Below, piece after piece: positions 48,865-59,062 of a stretch of 64,000 nt of DNA. The notes below the pieces were generated by a model. It worked only from the letters and a program-made list of their open reading frames with translations. It had not been told where the DNA came from and ran no database searches. Source of the stretch: a virus; IMG/VR virus record IMGVR_UViG_3300009103_000015, positions 1 to 64,000 of that record; one strand, 5' to 3'. The position numbers were made by a program, and so were the translations under genes. How positions within the stretch are numbered: position 1 is the stretch's first letter; each line of letters begins with the position of its first letter.

Positions 48865-51773
48865 TGGCTAGAGATAACTATACAAAAGTTGTAAAACTGA
48901 TTAACAAGTATTCAGGTAATCCAATAACTGGTCCTTCAATCGGTGCTGTTTCAAATGGAGATTTGACAAATTGGTTAATCTCAATGGAGTTAGTAAACTC
49001 TAGTGTTGATAGAACTGATACTTGCACGTTAACACTTAGAACAGATCCACAAGGAACTTTTATCAGAAATGGTCCAATTCTAATTGATGAACTTGCAAAA
49101 TACAAATATCTAATTCAAGCACAGATAAGTCAAGGTTCAAAAGATGGAAAGTTATTTCGTTTTGAAATAAGTGATGCGACATTAAGAGAAGATCAAGCAA
49201 ATGGAGAGGTTTTAGTCATAACAGGTCGTGGTTTAGAATACATCTTCAAAGAAACTTTAGATTCAGAACAATTATTTTTCAAAACTCCAAAACAAGCATT
49301 CATACAAAGAATAAGAAATTACATGGACACTCCTAGTTTTGGAAGTGTAGAGGGTGTTAATCAAACAATAACTGCCACATATACAGATTCTAATATTGAT
49401 CTTCCAGATCAACATGACATAAAACAAGGTTGGGTTTCAAGCAGTCCTAGAACCGTCATGGATCAAATGAATAAGATAATCAAAACATTATCAGAAGCTG
49501 GTGTTTCTGGTGGTGTTATGACTGATTATTTTTGGGACACGAATCCAAATTCAACTTGGGCTAACACTTTTGATATATTTGCAAAAAAATATGGACATCA
49601 TAATTCAGCAGATGGTCTTGTCACAATATCTCCAATAGATATTGGTGGTGGAGAACAGAAAGATAAAGTTTGGAGAACTGATAATCAGAGATTCAAGAAT
49701 CTTGTTATAGTAAAAGGAGCAAGAGGTCAGGGAACATTACCAATGAATCATTGTAGATTTAGAAGTGAATTTGAACACGCAAGAAGAAGACCTGATTGGG
49801 TTCAATCAGGAACTTATACAGCAAACGAAAGTTATGTTAAATTTGAAGTAAGTGGTCAAGATAAATTTTACAAGTGTATTCAATCTAGTAGTGCATCAAA
49901 TCCTAAACAACCAAATCTATTCAGTAGTTATTGGCAAGAAGATGTGACTACAACTGCTGATGATTTGAACCCTTGGTTGAAGGATAGAAAAGATCAGATT
50001 AGAAGTCTAGCAAATCCAAGTCCTGATAAATCATTGTTTGAAAGTTCAAGTGGAGCAGGTGATGGTTATGTTGGTTTTGCTCCAGATTGGAATATAGTAA
50101 GAGGAAATTATGATAGAAACTTTAACAATGAATTTCAACACTTGAGTATAAAGTGGGTGACAAGAATTTCAAACACTCCTCCAACTGGAAAAGAATTGTT
50201 TCATGGTCAAAGAATTTTAGTTGGAACATCTCCTTCAGGAGATTTTTCAGGAAATGCAAACAAGATTGCACAGTATGATAGATATCCAGATCCAAATGCA
50301 CTTACAGTTGGATTAACAGGTCAAGGAACTCCTGTTTGGAGATTCAGTAATGCTCCACAGAATAATGATGTAGTTGTAAATCTTGATACAGGAGAACTTC
50401 TAAAATGGAATACAGCAAACAGTAATTGGGGAACTGGTTCAAACACTTCTACTGCAAGAAATGTTAACACAGACTTAGCAAATAAAAAAGCATTCAGTAT
50501 TCAAGATCATGGAACATCAGGTTATGGTAGTGCAGATGGAACTGCTCCATTACATTTAGTAAAAGATATTCAAACAGTTGAAGGAGCAACAAAGGGAGTT
50601 AATAGTGCATCACAATGGACTTTTGATTGGAGAATATTAAATGGTAGAGGTGAAAACAAAAACAGTAGAGGAGCATGGTGGTATATGATGTTTCCATATC
50701 CAAGAGTTGCAGATTCTAGTGCAACAAATTCAGATGTGGGAAGTGTTTATGGTGGAACTAATGTAGTAAAGAGTTGGTTGAATAGAAATAATTTAGATTA
50801 TAATTCTAAGGGACAGAAAGGTTGGAATCATGGAACAGATAGTGAAGATCTAGGAGTTATAACAGGTGTTAGTTTCAAAATAAAATTAGAAGTATTGTAT
50901 GATAAACTACAAAATGGAACTCTTTCATTAACTCCTAGTGGATTTCATAATACAAAACATACAATTTGGTTTATGGATATGTTTGATAGAATAATGTTTG
51001 CAAAATTTGAATTACGAAGAAATGGTGGTTGGCAATTTGTTAGAATACCATTAGGTCAAGGAATGAAAAGACACTTCAACAGATTAGATGAGCAATCTTT
51101 ATTCATGGGATATGATTTGGTTGGAGATGATTGGTATCTTCCAGAAAGAGAATATACTGGAATTGCTTTTGATTGGAGATTCATAAAAGCTGTTGGAATA
51201 CAATGGGATCATTCTTATGCTAAATCAGAATTTGGTCAATACACAGGTTGGCAATTAGCATTAGCAAAAGATGCAATGACTTCTGGAACTGGAGCAACAA
51301 CATCTTGGTGGCTAAGACCATTTCTTGGAATTGTAGGAACTGCTGTCACAGTTGCACAAACACAAGATGAATCACTTTATGATATTGACAAAGTTAGATA
51401 CACAATAGATGAGTTCAAGTTTGAAAAAGATTTGTATGTTTCATCATTAGAAGGAACAACTCCAGAATCAGGAGCAAGAACGTCAGCAGTAGAAGAATCA
51501 GCTCAAGCATACGATTATCTTACTGCAAAAAGAATAGCTCAAGGAAGAAGAGAGAGATTGAAATTCTTTCCACAAGATTATACTGTCACCTGTTTTGGAG
51601 ATGTAAGAGTTAGAGTTGGAGATAAAGTTAGAATAAAGGGAACAAAAGTTCCATCAACAACAACAGATGGTGGTGTTCCATATTTTGATATTGGTGTTCA
51701 AGAAGTAAAACATATTTTAGATGCAAACTCTTACAGAATGGTTATAACTGGAACAAGGAAATTCGTGATCTAA
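48864..51773 (+). CDS. Baseplate hub/tail-tip protein with inserted domains
   Basis: DTCTLTL, ITGRG, FKNLVIVKG, GDVRVRVGDKVRI...VQEVKH. Confidence 0.7.
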   Translation: MARDNYTKVVKLINKYSGNPITGPSIGAVSNGDLTNWLISMELVNSSVDRTDTCTLTLRTDPQGTFIRNGPILIDELAKYKYLIQAQISQGSKDGKLFRFEISDATLREDQANGEVLVITGRGLEYIFKETLDSEQLFFKTPKQAFIQRIRNYMDTPSFGSVEGVNQTITATYTDSNIDLPDQHDIKQGWVSSSPRTVMDQMNKIIKTLSEAGVSGGVMTDYFWDTNPNSTWANTFDIFAKKYGHHNSADGLVTISPIDIGGGEQKDKVWRTDNQRFKNLVIVKGARGQGTLPMNHCRFRSEFEHARRRPDWVQSGTYTANESYVKFEVSGQDKFYKCIQSSSASNPKQPNLFSSYWQEDVTTTADDLNPWLKDRKDQIRSLANPSPDKSLFESSSGAGDGYVGFAPDWNIVRGNYDRNFNNEFQHLSIKWVTRISNTPPTGKELFHGQRILVGTSPSGDFSGNANKIAQYDRYPDPNALTVGLTGQGTPVWRFSNAPQNNDVVVNLDTGELLKWNTANSNWGTGSNTSTARNVNTDLANKKAFSIQDHGTSGYGSADGTAPLHLVKDIQTVEGATKGVNSASQWTFDWRILNGRGENKNSRGAWWYMMFPYPRVADSSATNSDVGSVYGGTNVVKSWLNRNNLDYNSKGQKGWNHGTDSEDLGVITGVSFKIKLEVLYDKLQNGTLSLTPSGFHNTKHTIWFMDMFDRIMFAKFELRRNGGWQFVRIPLGQGMKRHFNRLDEQSLFMGYDLVGDDWYLPEREYTGIAFDWRFIKAVGIQWDHSYAKSEFGQYTGWQLALAKDAMTSGTGATTSWWLRPFLGIVGTAVTVAQTQDESLYDIDKVRYTIDEFKFEKDLYVSSLEGTTPESGARTSAVEESAQAYDYLTAKRIAQGRRERLKFFPQDYTVTCFGDVRVRVGDKVRIKGTKVPSTTTDGGVPYFDIGVQEVKHILDANSYRMVITGTRKFVI

Positions 51774-53315
51774 ATGGCATGGGATGAAATTGGTGAAAAC
51801 ATATACGATAAGATTTACAATCTTGAAAAACAGGTTGAGAATCTAAAAGAAGAACAATACACAACTTTCTATAATTCAGTAGAAGGTATAGGAGTTGATA
51901 GTTCTGCAACAGATAGTGGTGATGCTGGTGTTGGATTTGCAAATACATTGACAGGTGCAGTATCATTAACTAGAGAAGTTCAAGTAAGATCAAATAATGA
52001 AACCTTTAATGGTAGCACTATATATGATTCAATATTTGCTTTCAATCCATACATAATTGTAAAAGCAAAAGGAGATGAATCTACATCTAACATAATTGAA
52101 ATTAAATGGATTAGACAAGCACAACATGATGGTCAAATCTTAATTTTAGAACCATTCTACAAAGCTGGTGGAGATTCAAATACAACATCATATACTTTAA
52201 GATTGAAAACTGCTGGAAACATAAACATATCATCAGATACAGATGTTGCAAAAGATGAGAAAATATTTCTTCAATGGTCAGAAAACTATCCTATTGCAAA
52301 TTCTAGTTCAGGTTCATGGACAGTAATTTCTCAAACTTCAGGTTCTAGTGGTGGTGGAAGTGGAATGCAAAATCCAGCAACAGCACAGTTAGACATGGCT
52401 GATAAATCCATTAAAGGTGCATGGGATTCACAATCAAGCACAGTTGGAATTGAATCTCATTTAGATATGAATACATACAATATCAAAGATGTAGATCAAC
52501 TTTTGTTTGCAACATCAGCTAGTTCAAGCGATGTATTACCTAACAGTTCGTATGGTATTGAAGCTGATGGTGGAACTTCTCCAACAGGAATAAGATATAA
52601 TGTTCCATCAAGTAAATCACATAAATTTTATGTTAATGGTTCTTTGAAAGCAACTATTGATTCTAATGGTATAACTGCTGATTCTTTAGGTAGTAGTCCA
52701 AGTTCATCAAAATATCTTAGAGGAGATATGACATGGCAAACAATTAGTAGTGGTGGTTCTGATAACTTAGGAAATCATACTGCTACACAAACTTTGGATA
52801 TGGGTGGATATTATATTTCAAATGCTGGTCAAATAGAATTTGGAACAAGCTCAACTCAAGGTGGAGAAATTTCTAATTCAAGTTCTGGTTTAATTTATGA
52901 TACACATTCTTCTAGTGATGAACATTATTTCCAAACAAACGGAACAACAAGAATGACAGTTGAAACAGATTATATTAGAATGTATGAACCAATCAGTTTT
53001 CAATATGGTGGAACACAAATTGCATATACAAATACAGATTCAGGTGGTTTAGATTTCAAGATTACTTCAACTAGTGATACATTTGATTATAAAATTGGAT
53101 CATCAGGTGGTATGACATTATATAATGATGGAACAAGATTTAGAATAGAAGATGACAGAATTAAAATTTACAAGGTAATAGACATAAGAAATGGAACATA
53201 CACTTCACCAAGTTCATATATCAGTTCTAATTATTGGCAAGGAATGTTATATCCTACTGGTTGGGTTAAAATTATGGTTGATGGTGGTTCATACAAATTC
53301 CCTGTATGGTCATAG
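51774..53315 (+). CDS. Tail fibre/spike protein
   Basis: S/G-rich; DNLGNHTATQTLDM and YLRGDMTW fibre motifs; C-terminal GWVKIMVDG.SYKFP. Confidence 0.7.
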   Translation: MAWDEIGENIYDKIYNLEKQVENLKEEQYTTFYNSVEGIGVDSSATDSGDAGVGFANTLTGAVSLTREVQVRSNNETFNGSTIYDSIFAFNPYIIVKAKGDESTSNIIEIKWIRQAQHDGQILILEPFYKAGGDSNTTSYTLRLKTAGNINISSDTDVAKDEKIFLQWSENYPIANSSSGSWTVISQTSGSSGGGSGMQNPATAQLDMADKSIKGAWDSQSSTVGIESHLDMNTYNIKDVDQLLFATSASSSDVLPNSSYGIEADGGTSPTGIRYNVPSSKSHKFYVNGSLKATIDSNGITADSLGSSPSSSKYLRGDMTWQTISSGGSDNLGNHTATQTLDMGGYYISNAGQIEFGTSSTQGGEISNSSSGLIYDTHSSSDEHYFQTNGTTRMTVETDYIRMYEPISFQYGGTQIAYTNTDSGGLDFKITSTSDTFDYKIGSSGGMTLYNDGTRFRIEDDRIKIYKVIDIRNGTYTSPSSYISSNYWQGMLYPTGWVKIMVDGGSYKFPVWS

Positions 53316-53345
53316 GTTTATTAGAAAGATGTGATGTTGTTAGAT

Positions 53346-53477
53346 ATGTCTGAAGAAGTAAATGATCCAGCTCCACAAAACCCAAATTTTCCTAGAGATG
53401 ATGTAGTTGAAGATGAAGAACCAGAAGATGACGAATATGTAGAAATAGAAGAACCTGTTAAAACAGATGAAACATAA
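53346..53477 (+). CDS. 43-aa acidic microprotein (not in ORF track)
   Basis: MSEEVNDPAPQNPNFP...; TATA-like box ~30 nt upstream. Confidence 0.45.
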   Translation: MSEEVNDPAPQNPNFPRDDVVEDEEPEDDEYVEIEEPVKTDET

Positions 53478-53520
53478 TAATATCAGGAAAGTATAATAGG
53501 AAAAACATACTAAGTGAAAT

Positions 53521-53730
53521 ATGTCAGCAGAACAACAAAATCAGGGAACTAATGTTAACACCATTTTGAAAGATATTGCATATTTACGACAAAAAGCAGA
53601 TCAATTAGAATTGAATCTTGTCGAGTTATTGGTAAAAGAGAATCAAATGATACAACAACAACACCAGATGGCTATGATAAAACTACAAGAAATAGAAAAG
53701 AAACAAGAAAAATCAAGCAGAAAACAATAA
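53521..53730 (+). CDS. Small coiled-coil protein (possible fibre chaperone)
   Basis: Heptad Q/L/E pattern. Confidence 0.5.
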   Translation: MSAEQQNQGTNVNTILKDIAYLRQKADQLELNLVELLVKENQMIQQQHQMAMIKLQEIEKKQEKSSRKQ

Positions 53731-53772
53731 CAACGCTATACGTTTATTAATTAATTAATTCATTAATAGTTA

Positions 53773-53946
53773 ATGTCTCAACCAGTGTTAATAGGTGATT
53801 CCTATCACAGAGTTCTGAAGATGATGGCAAGTATGCCGAATGAAGAAAGAACAATGGGTGGGATCATTGAAGATCAACTCAAGCAACTTGGATTTTTCAA
53901 GAAAAAGTTGAATGAAGTTGAGAAACAAATGAGGAAAAAGAAATGA
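53773..53946 (+). CDS. Ribbon-helix-helix-like regulator (not in ORF track)
   Basis: MSQPVLIGDSYHRVLKMMAS...RTMGGIIEDQL; ATGA overlap with the next gene. Confidence 0.55.
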   Translation: MSQPVLIGDSYHRVLKMMASMPNEERTMGGIIEDQLKQLGFFKKKLNEVEKQMRKKK

Positions 53947-54344
53947 GTGAAACAGAAAAAAACTACGATCCAGCAAAAAAAGCTAAGTTTTCTGAATTGA
54001 AGACGGAATGGGCAAAACTAAAGAAAGAAAGTAGTGCTAGTGATTCTGAACGTGCAACAGCAAAACAAAGAATCAATGCAATACAAAGGGAACTTGATTT
54101 AGAAGTCACCGATTTCAATGCTCCAAAGAAAACGAATAATGCTTCAAATTCATCAGGATCTCCACAGAGATCTAACGAAGCAAGATTCACAGAAGTAAAA
54201 GCTTTCCATGATACAGCAGGGAAATTAGCCAATGATATATTGGATAGTTTCTATGCAAACAATGGATTGACACCTGAACCAAAAGAAAGACTAATCGCTT
54301 GGGAAGGACTTTTGAAAAGCTTTGCAATCGTGTGGAGTAGATGA
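53943..54344 (+). CDS. Hypothetical protein upstream of radA
   Basis: 133 aa, two helical domains joined by an S/N linker. Confidence 0.6.
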   Translation: MSETEKNYDPAKKAKFSELKTEWAKLKKESSASDSERATAKQRINAIQRELDLEVTDFNAPKKTNNASNSSGSPQRSNEARFTEVKAFHDTAGKLANDILDSFYANNGLTPEPKERLIAWEGLLKSFAIVWSR

Positions 54345-54381
54345 ACCACACTATCCTTCCCTTTTTTATGGAGATGTTAAA

Positions 54382-55674
54382 ATGGTAAAAGAAACAAAAA
54401 AGAAAGAAACAAAAAAGAAAGCAACGGTTAAATCAAAGAAAGAAGATAAAGAACCAATGACGGAAAATACAGAAGTAGAAACAACTGAAACCGAACTCAC
54501 TGAAACTGAAGTAGAATCAGAAGATGAGGTTAAGAAAAAACTACTTAGAGAAATGCTGACAACGAAAGAAACAAAAGATCCTGAAGAAGTTGACGAAATT
54601 AAAAAACAGGAACTTGAAATCGAAGAATTTGACATAGCAAAACTAGATGGAGTTGGAACTGTTCGTAAGAATAGATTGAACGAAGCTGGTATTCATACTG
54701 CTATGGATATTGTCACTGCTGGTCCAATGCCTTTGGCAGAACTAACTGGAATGGAAGTTGCTATGACAGAAAAGATGGTTAGAAAAGCAAGAGAATTTTT
54801 AGAAGCGAGTGGTGCTATTAGAAATTCATTCATGAAGGCAAGTGAACTCAAAGAATACAGAGACACAAAAATAAATTCTAAAAGATTGAAAACAGGTTCA
54901 TCAGCACTTGACAATTTGTTAGGTGGTGGAATAGAACCACAAGCTGTCACAGAGTTCTATGGAGTTTATGGTTGTGGAAAAACACAGATTTGTCATAGTC
55001 TTGCTGTAAGATGTCAATTACCTGAAGATCAAGGTGGTTTGAATGGAGAAGTTGTATGGATAGATACAGAAAACACGTTTAGACCAGAACGTATCGCAGA
55101 CATTGTTTGTGAGAACGAATTGATACCTATCAAAAAACGCAAGAAAGGTGAAAAAGCTATTCCAGAAAATCAAATGGATTTAGTAAAGTTTTTGGACAGA
55201 ATAACTGTCGCAAGAGCTTCTAGTGCATCTCATCAGGAATTAGTTTTAGAACAGATGGCACAACAACTCAAACTGGAATCTGAAGATAAGAAAGATGGAG
55301 ATCCAAGAATTGTTCTTGTGATTGTTGATTCATTAACAACTCACTTTAGATCAGAATATCTAGGTCGTGGACAACTTGCTCCAAGACAAGCAGAGTTAGG
55401 AAAGTTTCTACATAAAGTATCACGAATAGCAGAAGTGTATAACATTGCTGTTGTTGTGACAAATCAAGTATTATCTAATCCAGATCCCTTTGGAAATCCA
55501 ATTCGACCTGTCGGTGGAAACATCGTAGCTCATACTTCAACGTATAGAATTTGGTTAAGAAAAGGAACTAAAGGTAAAAGAGTAGCAAAGATGGATGATA
55601 GTCCAATGCACGCCCAAAACGAAGCAGTCTTTGAATCAGATGTTCGTGGAGTTGTGGATTCAGATGGAACTTGA
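54382..55674 (+). CDS. radA: Archaeal RadA recombinase
   Basis: HhH LDGVG; LDNLLGGGIE; Walker A GVYGCGKTQ; IDTENTFRPERI; IVDSLTTHFRSEY.GRG.L..RQ; VTNQV; GGNIVAH; start re-assigned from 54322. Confidence 0.95.
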   Translation: MVKETKKKETKKKATVKSKKEDKEPMTENTEVETTETELTETEVESEDEVKKKLLREMLTTKETKDPEEVDEIKKQELEIEEFDIAKLDGVGTVRKNRLNEAGIHTAMDIVTAGPMPLAELTGMEVAMTEKMVRKAREFLEASGAIRNSFMKASELKEYRDTKINSKRLKTGSSALDNLLGGGIEPQAVTEFYGVYGCGKTQICHSLAVRCQLPEDQGGLNGEVVWIDTENTFRPERIADIVCENELIPIKKRKKGEKAIPENQMDLVKFLDRITVARASSASHQELVLEQMAQQLKLESEDKKDGDPRIVLVIVDSLTTHFRSEYLGRGQLAPRQAELGKFLHKVSRIAEVYNIAVVVTNQVLSNPDPFGNPIRPVGGNIVAHTSTYRIWLRKGTKGKRVAKMDDSPMHAQNEAVFESDVRGVVDSDGT

Positions 55675-55880
55675 TATTCCTTTCCTTTTTTCTAATGGAG
55701 TAATGAAATGGTAGAAACAAATTGCAAAATATGTGAAAGAGAAATTTCAAAACATGATCCTTTAGCTTTGAGAGTTTGTTTATTGAAAGCTATAAGGGAA
55801 ATTGAAAGATTACAGTTATCTCGTAAGAAGGTTAGAAAACCAACGAATAACAAAAAACAATAGGAGGTGAAACAAAAAAA

Positions 55881-56585
55881 ATGAGAGTGAAAAACATAGC
55901 ACTGTTAAGTATGGTTGCATTGTTAAGTGCAATCACATTGACGGTCACAGCAAACGCAGAGCAGTATGAAATTACTGGAAGTGATATGCCTTTGATGTTA
56001 GAAGTAAAACAATCTGACAAACTACATTTCACAGGTGATCCATCAGGTGTAAAAGGCTTTGAAGCAATAGATAGAAATCATCATTGGTTTAATTGTCAAT
56101 CTGGTTGGGGTGCAGATGAATACGCAGTTTGTGTAATTGACTTTAGTGATTTCGATCTAGGATATCACGAATGGGTTGATAGAACAACAAAGATCACAGG
56201 TAAATTCTATGTGATGGAAGGTGAAACAGCAGAAGTAAAATCTAACACTTCACATCAAGAAGTATCAGCACAAGCAAAGAACTTCAAAACACAGATAGAA
56301 GCAAAAATCAGTGAGAGGATTACTCCCTTAGAAAAAGAAATTGCTGAATTGAAATTACATTTAGCAAATTCTAATGAGAGAGAAATACTTTATCAGAATC
56401 AAATTTCTACACTGAAATCGGAGTTAACAACTGCTAACAATATTGCAGAGGAAAACATAGGTAAGATAGAGGAATTGAATACTGCAAACGCAACAATAGA
56501 ACAATACAAGAAAGATGCTGAAAACTGGAAAGCTGTTGCATTAGAACAGTTGAAAGTTATGGCAGAGATTCTAGGATTGTTCTAA
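55881..56585 (+). CDS. Secreted protein: beta domain plus coiled coil
   Basis: Signal peptide ending ANA; C-terminal heptads; GGAGGTGA SD-like sequence upstream. Confidence 0.65.
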   Translation: MRVKNIALLSMVALLSAITLTVTANAEQYEITGSDMPLMLEVKQSDKLHFTGDPSGVKGFEAIDRNHHWFNCQSGWGADEYAVCVIDFSDFDLGYHEWVDRTTKITGKFYVMEGETAEVKSNTSHQEVSAQAKNFKTQIEAKISERITPLEKEIAELKLHLANSNEREILYQNQISTLKSELTTANNIAEENIGKIEELNTANATIEQYKKDAENWKAVALEQLKVMAEILGLF

Positions 56586-56732
56586 TCCCTCTTTCTTTTT
56601 TTTATGAAATGTCTGAAAAACAAAAATGCCCTCATTGTGCGTATGAACTTCTTGGAGAACAAAAATTGTTTTCAACTTGCCCTTATTGTATGAATCCAAT
56701 CAGATTAACAGATTATGACAAAGAGGTAAATA

Positions 56733-57158
56733 ATGATAATGAAAAATAAAACTATGGACAACGAGATTGTTATAGAGAAGGGAATGAGAGTAGAACTTCC
56801 ACCACAATTCGTAAAGTTCTGGAATCTAAAAGAAGGAGATAACGTAATTGTTTACAAAGGAAAAGAAACAGTTATGCTACTTCCACCTATCAAAACAAAT
56901 AGGAAAAGACAGAAAAGAGGAAACGTTTCATTACAAGAACAACTTCTTGCAATGATAAACAATGCTGACAAACCAATAGAAATGGAACAGCTAATGATTC
57001 CAGATAGAGCAAGATCTACAATTCGTGGAAGACTTTCTGAACTTCACAAACAAGGTAAAGTAATCAAGACGTTCAATAAAAGAACTGGATTAATTTACTA
57101 CAAAAAAGTTGAGGAAAAAAACTGGAACGAACCTATGGGAGTGAAAGTAAGTGAGTGA
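56733..57158 (+). CDS. AbrB/MazE-like plus winged-helix regulator
   Basis: RVELPPQFVKFWNLKEGDNV; RSTIRGRLSELHKQGKV. Confidence 0.65.
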   Translation: MIMKNKTMDNEIVIEKGMRVELPPQFVKFWNLKEGDNVIVYKGKETVMLLPPIKTNRKRQKRGNVSLQEQLLAMINNADKPIEMEQLMIPDRARSTIRGRLSELHKQGKVIKTFNKRTGLIYYKKVEEKNWNEPMGVKVSE

Positions 57159-58128
57159 TTCCTCAACTCTCGATTCTTTTTTTACAGAAGAAGAACAGAA
57201 AGAACAAAAGAAACAAGAGAAATTAAAAAGTATTGAAAAACAAATAGATTATCATAAGTCATTAGAAGAAGTATCTGATGTTCTCGATAATGATAAAAAT
57301 CCTCATTCTAAAATTATAGAAGAAAGAAAAGAAGCCTTTAAGGAATTAAAGAAAACAGATGAACAGAAAAAACTACCTGAAGAAAGATTGCATTATGATG
57401 AAGATACTAAAGAATGGAAAGAGATTATTCCAGTAGAAGAACAACCTAGTGAAACCAATCTCTTTGTAAATAATAATGGAACTCATATAGCAAAACAAGA
57501 ACTATTGAATTTGAAATGGGGATCAACTCATGTCTATAAAGTTGGAAGTAATTATTATGGATGGGGAGATATGATTCATAATGATGAAGATAACATAAAA
57601 CATAATCTAATTAGAATGAGAGAACTTGCAATTAAGAATAAATTTAGTGGATTATACAAAGCATACGATTCAGATATGGGAGAACATGAACCAACAATAT
57701 CAAATGATCTTAAAAAATTATTGAATGATCCACTTAGACAATTCAAAAATAAAGAAGATAAAAGATTGTTTTCAATAATATTAGAAGCAAACAAAGTGTA
57801 TGAAGAACAGGTTTATCAGATATTTGAAGATCATGTAGAATTATGTGATGAGAATATATTACAAAGTATAGAAAAATGTGAAGAATCTTTTCCAAAAGAT
57901 GATGATCAAGAAGATGAAAAACTATACGAAGATCAAGGTTGTGTAGTAATTGAAAGAGAAGAAGGTGAAAGAGTGACAGATTCAACTTCAGTAGATGAAA
58001 ACGGAAATGAGAGTAAAGTAGTAGAAGTAGATGTTGTAGATTACAAAGATGGTAAATTATTAGATAGAGTTATCGCTAAAAAACAACCAAAGATTCAAGA
58101 CTTCGATGCAGATTACTTTAATGAATGA
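57151..58128 (+). CDS. Hypothetical acidic protein
   Basis: 325-aa ORF. Confidence 0.65.
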   Translation: MSDSSTLDSFFTEEEQKEQKKQEKLKSIEKQIDYHKSLEEVSDVLDNDKNPHSKIIEERKEAFKELKKTDEQKKLPEERLHYDEDTKEWKEIIPVEEQPSETNLFVNNNGTHIAKQELLNLKWGSTHVYKVGSNYYGWGDMIHNDEDNIKHNLIRMRELAIKNKFSGLYKAYDSDMGEHEPTISNDLKKLLNDPLRQFKNKEDKRLFSIILEANKVYEEQVYQIFEDHVELCDENILQSIEKCEESFPKDDDQEDEKLYEDQGCVVIEREEGERVTDSTSVDENGNESKVVEVDVVDYKDGKLLDRVIAKKQPKIQDFDADYFNE

Positions 58129-58544
58129 TGGCAGGGAAGAAATCTTGGATGCACAGAAATTGTGATGCTAATCAATTTAGACCTGAACAATATTATTGCT
58201 ACAAATTACTGTTTGAACTAATGCCACCTAATTTTGAAATAACAATGGAATATCCAGTAAAAGATCTGAAAGATGTAGATGGAATACTTAGTAAAAATGC
58301 TCTATTAGATATCGCTGTAATTTCTAAAGAACATAAAGTTGCATTTCGTCTTAATGGAGAAGTTCATGAAAAGAAAAGACAGGCAATAAAAGATCAAGAT
58401 CAAAGAATAATCTTGGAAGGTAATGGTTGGAAAGTTTATGATTTGAATAAATATGATATTCCTGAATTGTGGGATAGGAAAGCATATACTAAAGAACAGG
58501 CAAAAGATGCTCTATTAAGAGAGATAAGAAATGCCAAAGTGTAA
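58125..58544 (+). CDS. Vsr/DUF559-like endonuclease
   Basis: EYPV...LDIAV....VAFRLNGEVH......D......LEGNGWKV. Confidence 0.7.
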   Translation: MMAGKKSWMHRNCDANQFRPEQYYCYKLLFELMPPNFEITMEYPVKDLKDVDGILSKNALLDIAVISKEHKVAFRLNGEVHEKKRQAIKDQDQRIILEGNGWKVYDLNKYDIPELWDRKAYTKEQAKDALLREIRNAKV

Positions 58545-58902
58545 AAAATGTGAAGATGGTAGAGATTACAAATGGGACACAGTCTATGGAGAATCAACAG
58601 GCAAATGGAGATTGTGGGATTCTGATAGAGAATTACCACATAAATGTTCAGGTAAGAAAAAACCCAAGTTTAAGATTAAAACTGAAACATTATGGAAGAA
58701 AGACTGGAAGCCTGAAATGGATTTACCTTCTGTGAGACTTTGTGGAATCTGTAATGATGGAACAAAATGTATCGTTAATGAAGATTGTGAGAGTTGTAAG
58801 CCAAGAAAACTATCATGCAAAGAATGGTGTCCTGTATGCAAGAAACATCCAAACATTATTCTCGTCACTTCTGATGAAAATTCTCGTCTAAAAAATGATT
58901 GA
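58531..58902 (+). CDS. Cys-rich Zn-binding protein
   Basis: CKKC...PHKC, CGIC, CESC, CPVC. Confidence 0.6.
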   Translation: MPKCKKCEDGRDYKWDTVYGESTGKWRLWDSDRELPHKCSGKKKPKFKIKTETLWKKDWKPEMDLPSVRLCGICNDGTKCIVNEDCESCKPRKLSCKEWCPVCKKHPNIILVTSDENSRLKND

Positions 58903-59062
58903 TTTTTTCTTGATTTTTTACTCATGAGATTCTTTACTTTATTTATTTTTAGACTGGTAATAAAAAAAATTTTTAAAATAAAATTATTATTATACAAAGG
59001 TTAAGATGCTACGAAGGTAATTTTAATAACTTGGTTAAAGTAAAAAGTAAAAAGTAAAAAAA

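Noticed and set aside
55100-55200. Intein in RadA
   Set aside because: The insertion is about 20 aa and lacks intein terminal motifs.
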